A stretch of DNA of 64,000 bases from Solobacterium sp. (GCA_017510405.1 JAFWNG010000033.1:19005-83004), one strand, 5' to 3'. Positions 27,997 through 37,617 are shown, counted from the first letter of the stretch. Program-made: numbers and translations. The notes: a model not told the origin generated them from the sequence alone.

Positions 27997-29669
27997 CGGC
28001 GTACGAACGCCTGATAGAAATCGAGAATATCCTGATAGTATTTCCTTCGCGTATCGCTGTCCGCGTTGAATATCTCATGCTTGGAGGCGGGATAACGTAC
28101 GATCGTTGCGTACGGGCAGCGGGCACGGAAGATATCCTGTCCTTCATTTTTGACCATGTTGTCATGGCCTGCCTGACAGATGAGGACCGGTATATTCACT
28201 TTGTCCGCGTCTTTCTGTGCCCGTTCGGTGGCGTTATGCGCCGCTGACGCCCAGCCCCATGTACTTCCCCATGTCTGGTAATGCACATTCTGCCGGCGCT
28301 GTTCCAGCTGGTATTCATAGCGGTCTTCGTCCACGCACGAACTGTGCTCGAATATGTTTTCACCGGTGAACGGTCCCTGACCGGGAGCGTATTCGGTGTC
28401 CTTGTCGCGGATGCGGGAATACACCTTGACTGCATGCAGCGTCCAGTCCGGAAGATTGTGCACGTCCATCCGCAGCATCGGCGAACTCAGCACGGCGCAC
28501 CGGAAACCGGGATACTGTTCCATATACAGCGCGCCTGTCGCGCCGCCCATGGAGTGGGCGAACAGGAAGAGGCGCTTCGTATGCGAACGGGGCAGGACGA
28601 TCTGCTGTATGAAACTGTGCAGATCATTCACGTATTCGCTGAAGTCATCGACGTGAACACGCTGGTCTTCCGAATGATGCGTCCGGTCGGAGAGACCGTG
28701 TCCGCGCTGTTCGAGGAAGAACACGGAATAGCCGTTCTGATAGAACCGGTATGCCGTTTCATGGTATTTGCCGAAGAATTCGCAGAAACCGTGCACCATG
28801 ACGACCGCGGCTTTTTCCTGAGGATGTACCGCCTGGCAGAAATGAAGATTCAGTTCATCGTCACTGACCATCCAGCCGTCCTGCACACATTTGTCAAGCC
28901 ACGGCCTCACTTCGTGTTCGATGAAATACCGGAAAGACTCGCTCTCATACTGACGGCGGAATTCCAGCATTCTGTCGGGATAGTTCGTGATCATGGCGTC
29001 GATGCCCATGTCCAGGCAGATGCGGGCTTCTTCCTCGGTATTCACCGTCCAGGAATTGATCTTCAGCCCGAGATCGTCACATTCCTGTTTCAGGCGCGGA
29101 TAGCGCAGATTGCATACCCACGGGTGGATCGCATCCATGAGATGCTCGGCGGCGTATGCCGGCATATTGACCGGTCCGTCGGCGTACAGAAAGGCCGTAT
29201 GCGCTTTTGGACACAGTTCCTTGATCCTGAGCATGCTGTAGTGATTGAACGAGGAGTAGATGACCCGTTCGTTCATATCAAATTCCGCGGTAAGGGCAGT
29301 GATCTTCTCTTCAATGCCCGGATAGTCAAATACGCCGGTCTTCAGTTCGATATTAATGAGCAGACCGGTAGGCCTGATCAGTTCGAATACTTCCCGCATG
29401 GTCGGGATCTGTGCCGGACCGTGCTCCGGATGCAGGACGCTGAAGTCCAGTTCGCGGAGTTCTTCCAGCGTCATGTCTTTGATATACCCGGTGCCGCTGC
29501 TCGTGCGGTCGACCGTCTCATCGTGGCAGACGACGATCTCATTGTCTTTTGTCAGCTGGATGTCCAGTTCGATTCCCTGCGCACCCATGTCGGCGGCCGC
29601 CTGAAAAGCCGGCAGAGTGTTTTCCGGATATGTACCGCTCGCACCGCGGTGTCCCCATATTTCAGTCAT
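27984..29669 (-). CDS. Glycerophosphodiester phosphodiesterase fused to lysophospholipase-type alpha/beta hydrolase
   Basis: N-terminal WGHRGAS...PENT..AF, ELDIQLTKD, NIELK, TVN, ITNYP; C-terminal VHGF.EF, EQRGHGLS, AHSMGG, HE. Confidence 0.9.
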   Translation of the reverse strand: MTEIWGHRGASGTYPENTLPAFQAAADMGAQGIELDIQLTKDNEIVVCHDETVDRTSSGTGYIKDMTLEELRELDFSVLHPEHGPAQIPTMREVFELIRPTGLLINIELKTGVFDYPGIEEKITALTAEFDMNERVIYSSFNHYSMLRIKELCPKAHTAFLYADGPVNMPAYAAEHLMDAIHPWVCNLRYPRLKQECDDLGLKINSWTVNTEEEARICLDMGIDAMITNYPDRMLEFRRQYESESFRYFIEHEVRPWLDKCVQDGWMVSDDELNLHFCQAVHPQEKAAVVMVHGFCEFFGKYHETAYRFYQNGYSVFFLEQRGHGLSDRTHHSEDQRVHVDDFSEYVNDLHSFIQQIVLPRSHTKRLFLFAHSMGGATGALYMEQYPGFRCAVLSSPMLRMDVHNLPDWTLHAVKVYSRIRDKDTEYAPGQGPFTGENIFEHSSCVDEDRYEYQLEQRRQNVHYQTWGSTWGWASAAHNATERAQKDADKVNIPVLICQAGHDNMVKNEGQDIFRARCPYATIVRYPASKHEIFNADSDTRRKYYQDILDFYQAFVRRQEP

Positions 29670-29785
29670 ATTTAATTTCTCTTTTCTGTTACTACCATGA
29701 TAATCCAAAGAACCTGTTTATCGTGAAAAATGTTGCGATATCAGGCCGTATAACAGGTATAATAGACGCAAAGAGGGATAGAACA

Positions 29786-31021
29786 ATGTTCAAGAATTTT
29801 AATAAACTCGAAAAGTCATGGATCCTGTATGACATCGGCAATTCTGCTTTTACCATGATGGTATCTACGATCATTCCGCTCTGGTTCAACACACTGGCGA
29901 ATAATGCCGGCATGACGGACAGTCAGTATCTTGCGTACTGGAGCTACGGCACGTCCATTGCGACGATCCTGGTCGCGTTCCTGGGACCGGTCCTCGGAAC
30001 GATCTCGGACAACAAAGGATTTAAAAAGCCGATGTTCATGACCGTGCTGGTCATGGGCGTCATCGGCTGCGCGCTGCTCGGCGTAGCGCCGAACTGGCTG
30101 CTGTATCTTATTACGTATGTTGTCGCAAAAGTCTGCTATCAGTCCAGTCTTGTCTTATACGACTCGATGCTGACAGACGTCACGGAGCCGGAGAGAATGG
30201 ACCTGGTGTCCTCGCAGGGCTATGCCTGGGGATATATCGGCAGCTGCATCCCGTTCGTCGCTGCCCTGATCTTCTATGCGCTCGGCATGTACGAGATCAT
30301 GCCGATGCCCATCTGCATCACTATCGATTTCATCATCATTGCGGTATGGTGGGCATGTGTATCGGTTCCGCTGATCAAGTCCTATGAACAGAAATACTAT
30401 GTTGAAAGCACTGCCGGAAAGATCAAAGAGAGTTTCCGCCGTCTCGGCAGGACTCTGTCGCATCTGGCAAAACATGACCGGAAGGTCTTCTTCTTCCTGA
30501 TCGGTTTCTTCTTCTATATCGACGGAGTTTATACGATCATTGACGAAGCGGTCGCGATCGGACGATCCTTCGGCTTCGGCGATATGATCCTCCTTGTTGT
30601 GCTGCTTCTGACGCAGGTCGTCGCGTTTGCCTTTGCAACGCTGTTCGGCAAACTGAGTGAAAAGTACAGCAACTTCACGCTGATCACGGTATGTATCGCC
30701 GGCTATACATTTGTCGCACTGTTCGCACTGACGATGCATGCGGTGTGGCAGTTCGGCGTCATGGCATTCGTCGTCGGTATGTTCCAGGGTGCGATCCAGG
30801 CGCTGTCCCGTTCCTACTTTGCCCAGATCATTCCGGCGGACAACTCCGGTGAGTACTTCGGTCTCTATGATATCTGCGGAAAAGGCGCCGCGTTCATGGG
30901 TACGATGATGGTCGGTCTTACCGTACAGGCTACCAACAGCGTCAATATCGCAGTCGGCACGCTCGCCATCCTGTTCATCATCGGATACATCTTCCTGCGC
31001 CGTTCGGCAAAGATGCAGTAA
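29786..31021 (+). CDS. MFS transporter (UMF1/ATG22-like)
   Basis: W.LYD.GNSAF, S.GYA.GY.G, F.IDGV.TI, QALSRS, FGLYD..GK. Confidence 0.9.
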   Translation: MFKNFNKLEKSWILYDIGNSAFTMMVSTIIPLWFNTLANNAGMTDSQYLAYWSYGTSIATILVAFLGPVLGTISDNKGFKKPMFMTVLVMGVIGCALLGVAPNWLLYLITYVVAKVCYQSSLVLYDSMLTDVTEPERMDLVSSQGYAWGYIGSCIPFVAALIFYALGMYEIMPMPICITIDFIIIAVWWACVSVPLIKSYEQKYYVESTAGKIKESFRRLGRTLSHLAKHDRKVFFFLIGFFFYIDGVYTIIDEAVAIGRSFGFGDMILLVVLLLTQVVAFAFATLFGKLSEKYSNFTLITVCIAGYTFVALFALTMHAVWQFGVMAFVVGMFQGAIQALSRSYFAQIIPADNSGEYFGLYDICGKGAAFMGTMMVGLTVQATNSVNIAVGTLAILFIIGYIFLRRSAKMQ

Positions 31022-31112
31022 TTTCATAACTTCATTCAGAAGGGGATCCTGCGGGATTTCCTTTTTTTATTCATCGGATATAATATGTAAAACAATGAAA
31101 GGAAGAACGCAT

Positions 31113-31616
31113 ATGAAAAAGACGCTTCAGAAAGTCAGTCTCATATTTCTCTTTCTACTGGCTGCCTGTTCTGCAGGGAAGGATATGAAAACAGACTGGT
31201 TTACACTGCATGTTCCAAACGGTATTGCCTTTACAGAATCCGATCCCGCCGCGGCGGTGCATGAACTGAAAACAGAGACTGTCCGATATCTGGCGATGGA
31301 TCAGGATAATGCAGTCATGATCTGGTTTGTAAAGGCTTCTCCGTCAGAGATCGAGGAAGTGTACGATATGTTCGCGGTCGTCATGAACAAGATGAAACTG
31401 GAACTGTCGGAGAAAAAAGAGACGGATCCATCCATGGTCTATGTGTATACGCCGGTCATGGCAAACGGGAAGCCGCTTGTCGAACAGTACCAGCTTTACG
31501 CAGTCTGCAGAGACAAAGAAGAATCCTGGCTGGTATCACTCACAGCTCCGTACAGCCGGATCGGCGACAAAGACAAGTTCATCAAAATGCTTTCCACGAT
31601 CGAGTTTGCCGGATAA
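31113..31616 (+). CDS. Hypothetical lipoprotein
   Basis: Signal peptide with LAAC lipobox; ends ML.TIEF. Confidence 0.75.
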   Translation: MKKTLQKVSLIFLFLLAACSAGKDMKTDWFTLHVPNGIAFTESDPAAAVHELKTETVRYLAMDQDNAVMIWFVKASPSEIEEVYDMFAVVMNKMKLELSEKKETDPSMVYVYTPVMANGKPLVEQYQLYAVCRDKEESWLVSLTAPYSRIGDKDKFIKMLSTIEFAG

Positions 31617-31677
31617 TCAGCAGACAGTGAACCGGAAAATAAAGAGCGCCCGCTTTATCAGCGGACGCCTTTTCTGT

Positions 31678-32370
31678 TCAGAAACGTATCATCCGGTAGC
31701 CGATGCCGATTCTTGTCTCGATCAGCTGTTCACCGTCACCGCTCAGCCGCAGTTTCTTGCGCAGGGCGGTCATGTATACACGCAGGGAAACGATATCGGA
31801 TTCCACGCCGTTTCCCCAGATCTGGTCAATGATATAGGAATGGGTGAGCACTTTGCCGGCGTTGCGCGCCAGCAGACACAGGATCTTGTATTCCAGTGCG
31901 GTCAGATGCACTTCCTGTCCTTCGAGCGTAACGATGCCGGAGGCGTAATCGATCGCCAGGGCGCCGTTCTTGAATACGGTCTCTTCTTCCGATGTGCGGA
32001 CAAAGGCAAGCCGGCGCTGGCAGGCACGGATGCGCGCCATCATTTCGTCCACGGAGAACGGCTTGGTCAGATAGTCGTCGGCGCCGGTGTCGAGCGCGAG
32101 GATCTTGTCGGCGTCCTCGTCGCGGGCGCTGATGACAATGATCGGGATCTGCGACCATGTGCGTATGCGCGCAATGACGTCAATGCCGTCCAGATCCGGC
32201 AGTCCCAGATCCAGCAGGATCAGATCGGGATTGTGGGAAGCGCACTGTGTGATCGCGGCGTTCCCGCTGCCGGCGCAGATATAGGAATACCCGTTGATCT
32301 TCAGCGTTGTCATGATCAGATTCATGATCGAGCGGTCATCTTCCGCTATCAGGATCTGAAAGTTCTTCAT
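31678..32370 (-). CDS. kdpE: KdpE-type response regulator
   Basis: LDLGLPDLDG..VI..IR.WSQ.PIIVISAR, LDTGADDYLTKPF, LRVYM..LRKKL, IETRIGIGYR. Confidence 0.9.
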   Translation of the reverse strand: MKNFQILIAEDDRSIMNLIMTTLKINGYSYICAGSGNAAITQCASHNPDLILLDLGLPDLDGIDVIARIRTWSQIPIIVISARDEDADKILALDTGADDYLTKPFSVDEMMARIRACQRRLAFVRTSEEETVFKNGALAIDYASGIVTLEGQEVHLTALEYKILCLLARNAGKVLTHSYIIDQIWGNGVESDIVSLRVYMTALRKKLRLSGDGEQLIETRIGIGYRMIRF

Positions 32371-34303
32371 GATTCGTTACCTCCTCCGTTTTCAGATAAA
32401 ACCGGAACACGGCGCCGTGGGGCACATTGTCCGCTGCTTCCAGCGTTTCACCATGCGCCTTCAGGATCGCCATACAGAGATTCAGTCCGATCCCCATACT
32501 GCGGAAACTGTCCGCCGCGGTATGTGCACCGGTGTAATACAGTTCAAATATATGCTCTTTGTCGCAGTCCGGGATGCCCGGTCCGTCATCCGCCACCGTA
32601 ACGCATACACGGCTGCCTTCCTTATGGTAGGAGATGGTCACCGTGGATCCTTCCGGCGTGTATTTCAGGGCATTGCCCACCAGGTTGACAAGCACCAGCA
32701 TGATCATCTTGGCGTCCATGACGGCGAATACTGTTTCCGTACTGCGCTCAAAGACGATCGTATGGCCGTCTGCCGGCTGATACAGGTGCTTCAGGCTTTC
32801 CTCGATCACGTCTTCGACATTCTCGGCGCTCATGCGGAGCGGCGTATCATTTTCGAGCCGCGTCATGGACAGGATGTTTTCCATCTGTCCGGCCAGCCAC
32901 GAAGCGTTTTCCTGAAGATCGGCATAGAGTTTCCGGCGGTCTTCCTCGCTTAATACGGCGCTGTTGGCGGAAAGATGCGCGGCGTTTCCGCAGATCGCTG
33001 TCAGCGGGGTGCGCAGATCATGGGAAATGGACCGCAGCAGACCGGCGCGCAGATGTTCTTTCTCCGCTTCGATCTGTGTTTCCTGTTTTTCCCGGTTTAC
33101 CCGCGCTGTGTTGAGCGAGAGGGTAAACTCACTGATCACGGACAGCAGAAGCGTTCTTTCCAGTTCGCTCAGCTGTCCCTGTTTCATATCGATGCCAAGG
33201 ATGCCGTAGCTGTATTCCTCGGAATGGATGCTGTACCAGCGCCGGTCAATATCCGCATACTGCTTTGTCAGGGCACCGGAATGCGTTCTGTTCTCAGCGG
33301 TCCAGAGAAGTGCTGCTGTGTCGCGTTCACTGAGTGCCCGGCGGTCTTCGGAACGGATCAGACAGGAGTACTGTTCTGTCACCTCACCGTCCCGGATCGT
33401 GAAGAACCAGACCGAACGGTGCAGCAGACCGGACAGCTGCCGGCAGATGATCGCCGACATCTCAAGGCTGTCCTGCGCTTTTTCCAGCTGCTCGGACGTG
33501 TTCAGCAGGATCTTTGCCTGGGCGGCGTTTTCTTCCGCGATATTGACCGCTTCCTTCATCTTTGCGGCAAGCGAGCCGGTAAGCAGGGCAGCGATCAGCG
33601 ATACGAAATAGGTCACCAGGTAGGTGGAATCGTATACGAGCAGGGTGAACCGCGGCTCAATAAACAGAAAGTTGAAAAGCAGTATATACAGGATGGCTGC
33701 GATCAGCCCGTAGATCCGCTGCGAAGTCACGATGGAAGTGACGAGCACTGCCAGGATATAGATCGTAACGATGTTGGAATTGCTGAAAGAGGAACGGTCG
33801 AACAGAAATGACAGGAACGTCGCCGCCGCCATGATCAGCACCACCGTCAGGATGTCCGATGCCGGTCTGTCCGCCGTTATCCGCCGGTTCAGCGTACCGG
33901 CATATTTGGACGCTTTCCGGTCCGGAATAATATATACGTCCACTTCCGGCAGAAGCTGTACCAGCTGTTCCGGTATGGAACGCTTCTGCACGCTGGATCC
34001 GCCCGGACTGTAACCGATGTAGAGATCTGTTACCGACAGCGAGCGCGCGGTCTCCGCAATGGAACCGGCGATATCCTTGCCGGTGATCACATGGACGGAT
34101 GCCCCGGCTTCTTCGGCCAGACGGATATTTTCCCGCAGACTGTGATCGGTCTCTGCTTCAGATTCCGATCTGCCGATATATACCGCCTCCAGACGGCTTT
34201 CCGGAGTCATCTGCTTCTGCGCTGTCTGTATGACCTTTGCGTTGCTTGGAGAGGATGACAGACAGATCAGTATGATCCTTTCTTTCTGTGTGAGAGCTTC
34301 CAT
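32336..34303 (-). CDS. kdpD: KdpD-type sensor kinase lacking the N-terminal KdpD domain
   Basis: Starts at USP domain (ICLSSSPSNAKVI); DUF4118 TM block (NFLFIEPRFTL); GAF; LLRSISHDLRTPLT; N/G boxes. Confidence 0.9.
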   Translation of the reverse strand: MEALTQKERIILICLSSSPSNAKVIQTAQKQMTPESRLEAVYIGRSESEAETDHSLRENIRLAEEAGASVHVITGKDIAGSIAETARSLSVTDLYIGYSPGGSSVQKRSIPEQLVQLLPEVDVYIIPDRKASKYAGTLNRRITADRPASDILTVVLIMAAATFLSFLFDRSSFSNSNIVTIYILAVLVTSIVTSQRIYGLIAAILYILLFNFLFIEPRFTLLVYDSTYLVTYFVSLIAALLTGSLAAKMKEAVNIAEENAAQAKILLNTSEQLEKAQDSLEMSAIICRQLSGLLHRSVWFFTIRDGEVTEQYSCLIRSEDRRALSERDTAALLWTAENRTHSGALTKQYADIDRRWYSIHSEEYSYGILGIDMKQGQLSELERTLLLSVISEFTLSLNTARVNREKQETQIEAEKEHLRAGLLRSISHDLRTPLTAICGNAAHLSANSAVLSEEDRRKLYADLQENASWLAGQMENILSMTRLENDTPLRMSAENVEDVIEESLKHLYQPADGHTIVFERSTETVFAVMDAKMIMLVLVNLVGNALKYTPEGSTVTISYHKEGSRVCVTVADDGPGIPDCDKEHIFELYYTGAHTAADSFRSMGIGLNLCMAILKAHGETLEAADNVPHGAVFRFYLKTEEVTNHEELSDPDSGR

Positions 34304-34484
34304 AATGGTCCTTTCTCTGGCGTATGATCCTGCGGATCAGACGGGAACGGCTGACCGGCTTTTTCTTCCGTCCTGCATTTTTATAGACTGTATCAAAAAA
34401 ACGGTCCATTGCAAAGCAGATCAGCAGAGCACAGGCGAGAAACCCGACAATGCACGTTATATCAACAAGTAATTCTGTACTCAT
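34158..34484 (-). CDS. Small membrane protein between trkA and kdpD
   Basis: AGGAGG RBS 7 nt before ATG; one hydrophobic helix then basic stretch; 3' part overlaps kdpD. Confidence 0.55.
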   Translation of the reverse strand: MSTELLVDITCIVGFLACALLICFAMDRFFDTVYKNAGRKKKPVSRSRLIRRIIRQRKDHYGSSHTERKDHTDLSVILSKQRKGHTDSAEADDSGKPSGGGIYRQIGI

Positions 34485-34495
34485 CTTACTGCCTC

Positions 34496-35140
34496 CTACA
34501 GATAGAAGATCTTCTGAATGTTTTCTGTCAGGCCGAGAACAAGTACGGTCTGCCCCTGTTCCAGAACGGTATCCACACCGATATTCATATTCATGTGTCC
34601 GTTCTTGACGCCGAGGATATTAATGCCGTAGCGGTTGCGCAGGTCGAGTTCGCCCAGCTTTTTCCTGTGCCATTTCGCCGGCACGGCAAGCTCGAAGATG
34701 GAATAGCCGTCCATCAGTTCGATATAGTTGGAAATGTTGTCGGAGCTGAAGCGGATCGCTGTCCAGCTTCCCAGCTGTCTTTCCGGATAGACCACGGCCA
34801 TGGCGCCGTTGCGAAGCAGGAATTTTTCCTGCGAACCGGTGGTTGCCCGGGCAACGATCCTGGTGGCGCCCAGTTCTTCCAGCAGGGACGTGGTTTCCAG
34901 CGAACCGAGGAAGTCGTCTCCGATCGCCACGATGCAAAGATCAAAGTCACGGATGCCGAGCTGCGACATGAACGAACTGTCCGTACTGTCGCCGATCTGG
35001 GCATTCGTTACATAAGGCAGGATCTTGCGCACTCTTTCCTCATTCCTGTCCACCATCATGACCTGATGCCCCATATCATGAAGCTTCATACATGTATATG
35101 TGCCGAATCTTCCGGCGCCTACGACTAATACGTTTTTCAT
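34496..35140 (-). CDS. trkA: TrkA/KtrA RCK regulatory subunit
   Basis: VVGAGRFG, RCK_N and RCK_C domains. Confidence 0.9.
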   Translation of the reverse strand: MKNVLVVGAGRFGTYTCMKLHDMGHQVMMVDRNEERVRKILPYVTNAQIGDSTDSSFMSQLGIRDFDLCIVAIGDDFLGSLETTSLLEELGATRIVARATTGSQEKFLLRNGAMAVVYPERQLGSWTAIRFSSDNISNYIELMDGYSIFELAVPAKWHRKKLGELDLRNRYGINILGVKNGHMNMNIGVDTVLEQGQTVLVLGLTENIQKIFYL

Positions 35141-35148
35141 GGATCCTC

Positions 35149-36489
35149 CTAACTGACCGCGACCCGTTCGGCCGGGTATCTTTTATTGGTGTATTTATGC
35201 AGAGAGACAGATGCATAGGCAAATGTGAGGGCGCCAACGCGTCCGAAGAACATGAACGCGATCAGCAGGACGCGGGAAGCACTTCCCAGTGCCGGTGTGA
35301 TGCCGGTCGTAAGGCCGACCGTTCCAAGCGCCGAAGCGCATTCGAACAGGCAGGACAGGATCGGCAGTCCTTCAATGTCGGAAACAAATATCGCACCTGT
35401 CAGAAGCAGGAAACCGTAAAGAATAAGGATGGTGAACGCGTTGCGGATCTGGTCGGCTTCGATCCTGCGGCCGAAACAGTTGACGTCGTCCGCACGCCTC
35501 ATACAGGCGGAGGAAGCCGCTGCCAGCAGGAATACCGTCGTTACTTTTATACCGCCGGCAGTAGATCCCGGCGCACCGCCGATCAGCATCAGCAGGATCG
35601 TGATCAGCTTGCCGGATTCCGACATGGTACCGTAATCACAGGTGTTGAAGCCGGCAGTACGCGGCGTAACGGAAGCGAACAGCGACATCAGGACGCGCTC
35701 TTTCATCGGATGATCCGCGAACTCGAACAGGAAGAAATAGACTGCCGGAACGAGCAGAAGGACCGCCGTGGACGCCAGGATGATCTTTGTCTGCAGGCGC
35801 AGGCGCTGAAACCGGAACCCGGACCGGAAGAGATCCTGCCAGGTGAGAAAACCGATCCCGCCTGTTACGATCAGAGTCATGATCACGCCGGTAACGAACG
35901 GATCGGACGCGTATGCCGTTAAAGAGGAATAGGCTTCCCGGATGCCGAGCAGATCGAAGCCGGCATTGCAGAACGCGGAAACGGAATGGAATACCGAGAA
36001 CATAAACGCCCGGGAGAACCCGAAGTCCCGGTAAAAAGAAGGAAACAGAAGCAGTGCTCCGAGTGTTTCCGCGATCAGTGTTACTTTCAGTATGAACAGC
36101 GTGAACCGGATGATCCCGCCGAGCGTAGGAGCAGACACCGCGTCCATCATGGTGGTCCGCTGCAGGATGCCGATCCGCTTTCCGGTGACGATCAGAGTGG
36201 CGACGGCAACGGTGATGATGCCGAGGCCGCCAGCCTGTATGAGAAGAAGGATCACGCACTTGCCGAACGACGACCAGTGCGTTGCGGTATTCTGTACGAC
36301 CAGTCCCGTCACGCACGATGCCGAAGCCGAAGTGAACAGCGCGTCCAGAAACGGTGTAGCTTCATGCGAAGCGGAGGCGGCGGGAAGAGAGAGCAGTGCA
36401 GCTCCCGCCATGATCAAAAGAAAGAATCCCAGCAGTATCGACCGGAACGAATTCATTGTGTCCTGGATCCATATTCGTATCTTACGCAT
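35149..36489 (-). CDS. trkH: TrkH/KtrB K+ uptake membrane subunit
   Basis: Four pore loops: SASCVTGL, SAFCNAGF, RTAGF, GTVGLTTG. Confidence 0.93.
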   Translation of the reverse strand: MRKIRIWIQDTMNSFRSILLGFFLLIMAGAALLSLPAASASHEATPFLDALFTSASASCVTGLVVQNTATHWSSFGKCVILLLIQAGGLGIITVAVATLIVTGKRIGILQRTTMMDAVSAPTLGGIIRFTLFILKVTLIAETLGALLLFPSFYRDFGFSRAFMFSVFHSVSAFCNAGFDLLGIREAYSSLTAYASDPFVTGVIMTLIVTGGIGFLTWQDLFRSGFRFQRLRLQTKIILASTAVLLLVPAVYFFLFEFADHPMKERVLMSLFASVTPRTAGFNTCDYGTMSESGKLITILLMLIGGAPGSTAGGIKVTTVFLLAAASSACMRRADDVNCFGRRIEADQIRNAFTILILYGFLLLTGAIFVSDIEGLPILSCLFECASALGTVGLTTGITPALGSASRVLLIAFMFFGRVGALTFAYASVSLHKYTNKRYPAERVAVS

Positions 36490-36548
36490 TGTATTCTCTC
36501 CTGTTCTTATCCAAAGTGTAGAAAATCCGGGATTAAGATAGGGTTAAT

Positions 36549-36579
36549 ATTATGCTTTAACGCATTAAAATCGCATTAA
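36549..36579 (-). promoter_or_regulatory. Candidate trkH promoter with 11-bp-spaced direct repeats
   Basis: CGCATTAA at 36561-36568 and 36572-36579; -10-like CATAAT (minus strand) at 36549-36554; no good -35. Confidence 0.45.
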
Positions 36580-36658
36580 TGCGAAGGGAGAGACTGCCGG
36601 AACATAAATGATGGAAATACAAAAAAAGCCAGTCCTTTCAGACTGACTCATACCTGCG

Positions 36659-36733
36659 GGCGACTAGTGGGACTCGAACCCACGAGTGCTGGAGCCACAA
36701 TCCAGTGTGTTGACCAACTTCACCATAGCCGCC
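36659..36733 (-). tRNA. tRNA-His (GTG), CCA not encoded
   Basis: GGCGGCTATGGTGAAGTTGGTCAACACACTGGATTGTGGCTCCAG...GGTTCGAGTCC...TAGTCGCC; G-1 and C73 identity elements. Confidence 0.95.
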
Positions 36734-36788
36734 GTGAAGCAAGAAGAATAATACAGTAGAAATGAAAAAAATACAAGTATAAAATGGG

Positions 36789-37496
36789 ATGATGATGGAA
36801 AAGACACTGGACCTTGTACTGAATAACGAAACGCTGCACATTACGGTGATCCGGAAAAAGCAGAATAAACGCATGTATCTGCGGCTGAAAAACGGCCAGC
36901 CGGTCATTACCTGTCCGATGCGCTGCAGCGACCGTGCAGTCCTGGAGTTCGTAGGAAAACAGGAAGCGTGGATCCGCCGCCAGCGGGCAAAGGAAGCGGC
37001 CGCAAAGCTGCGGCACCAGGGGGAAAACGGGGAGCGCATGTACTGGCTGGGAAAGCCGTATGACGTATCCGTCGAGCCCGCGTCCCGCAGCCGGATGGTC
37101 TTTGACGGCGAGAAGATCGTATTTTATCTGAAGGAAGATACCGAGGCGGAGCGGAAAGCCGCGTTCCGCAGCGCAGCCGAAAAACAGATGCAGATGTTCA
37201 TCGATCATTACCGCGGCGAGTGGGATGAAAAGATATGCGATGCTTCGCGCATTCCGCATCCGGTGATCAGAATGCGGGATATGAGCAGCCGCTGGGGATC
37301 GTGCTCCAGACACAAAGGGGAGATCCATATGTCGGTGCAGCTGATGCATTATCCGCCGGTGTGCACCAATGCCGTTCTTCTGCACGAGTACGCGCATCTG
37401 CTGGTGTCGGATCACTCTCCGGCGTTCTATGCGGTCGTCCTGCGGCATATGCCGGAATACCGGGACATCCACCGTCTGCTGAAGCAGAACCTGTAG
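36789..37496 (+). CDS. M48/YgjP-like metallopeptidase
   Basis: SRWGSCS, LLHEYAHL...HS..FY. Confidence 0.9.
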   Translation: MMMEKTLDLVLNNETLHITVIRKKQNKRMYLRLKNGQPVITCPMRCSDRAVLEFVGKQEAWIRRQRAKEAAAKLRHQGENGERMYWLGKPYDVSVEPASRSRMVFDGEKIVFYLKEDTEAERKAAFRSAAEKQMQMFIDHYRGEWDEKICDASRIPHPVIRMRDMSSRWGSCSRHKGEIHMSVQLMHYPPVCTNAVLLHEYAHLLVSDHSPAFYAVVLRHMPEYRDIHRLLKQNL

Positions 37497-37589
37497 GGTC
37501 TTGCGGAAAACACATGTATTTATGAAAATGCTTTCATGAAAATTTGTATACGGTTTCACTCTTTTCAGCCAGTTTCCACATATGTTCTA

Positions 37590-37617
37590 TTGAAGAATTC
37601 AGTGAATTCGTTACAAT
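37590..37617 (+). promoter_or_regulatory. Sigma-A promoter with a palindrome in the spacer
   Basis: TTGAAG-16-TACAAT; GAATTCA-G-TGAATTC at 37595-37609. Confidence 0.6.

Noticed and set aside
32336-32370. 35-nt kdpD/kdpE overlap as a frameshift
   Set aside because: Both proteins appear complete; short overlaps are normal in two-component operons
36490-36650. c-di-AMP (ydaO) riboswitch upstream of the K+ transporter
   Set aside because: No ydaO consensus blocks or adequate structure visible in this short AT-rich spacer
36659-36733. tRNA-His (and tRNA-Gly at 53344) as integration sites of genomic islands
   Set aside because: No duplicated tRNA 3' end and no integrase found by eye within the window
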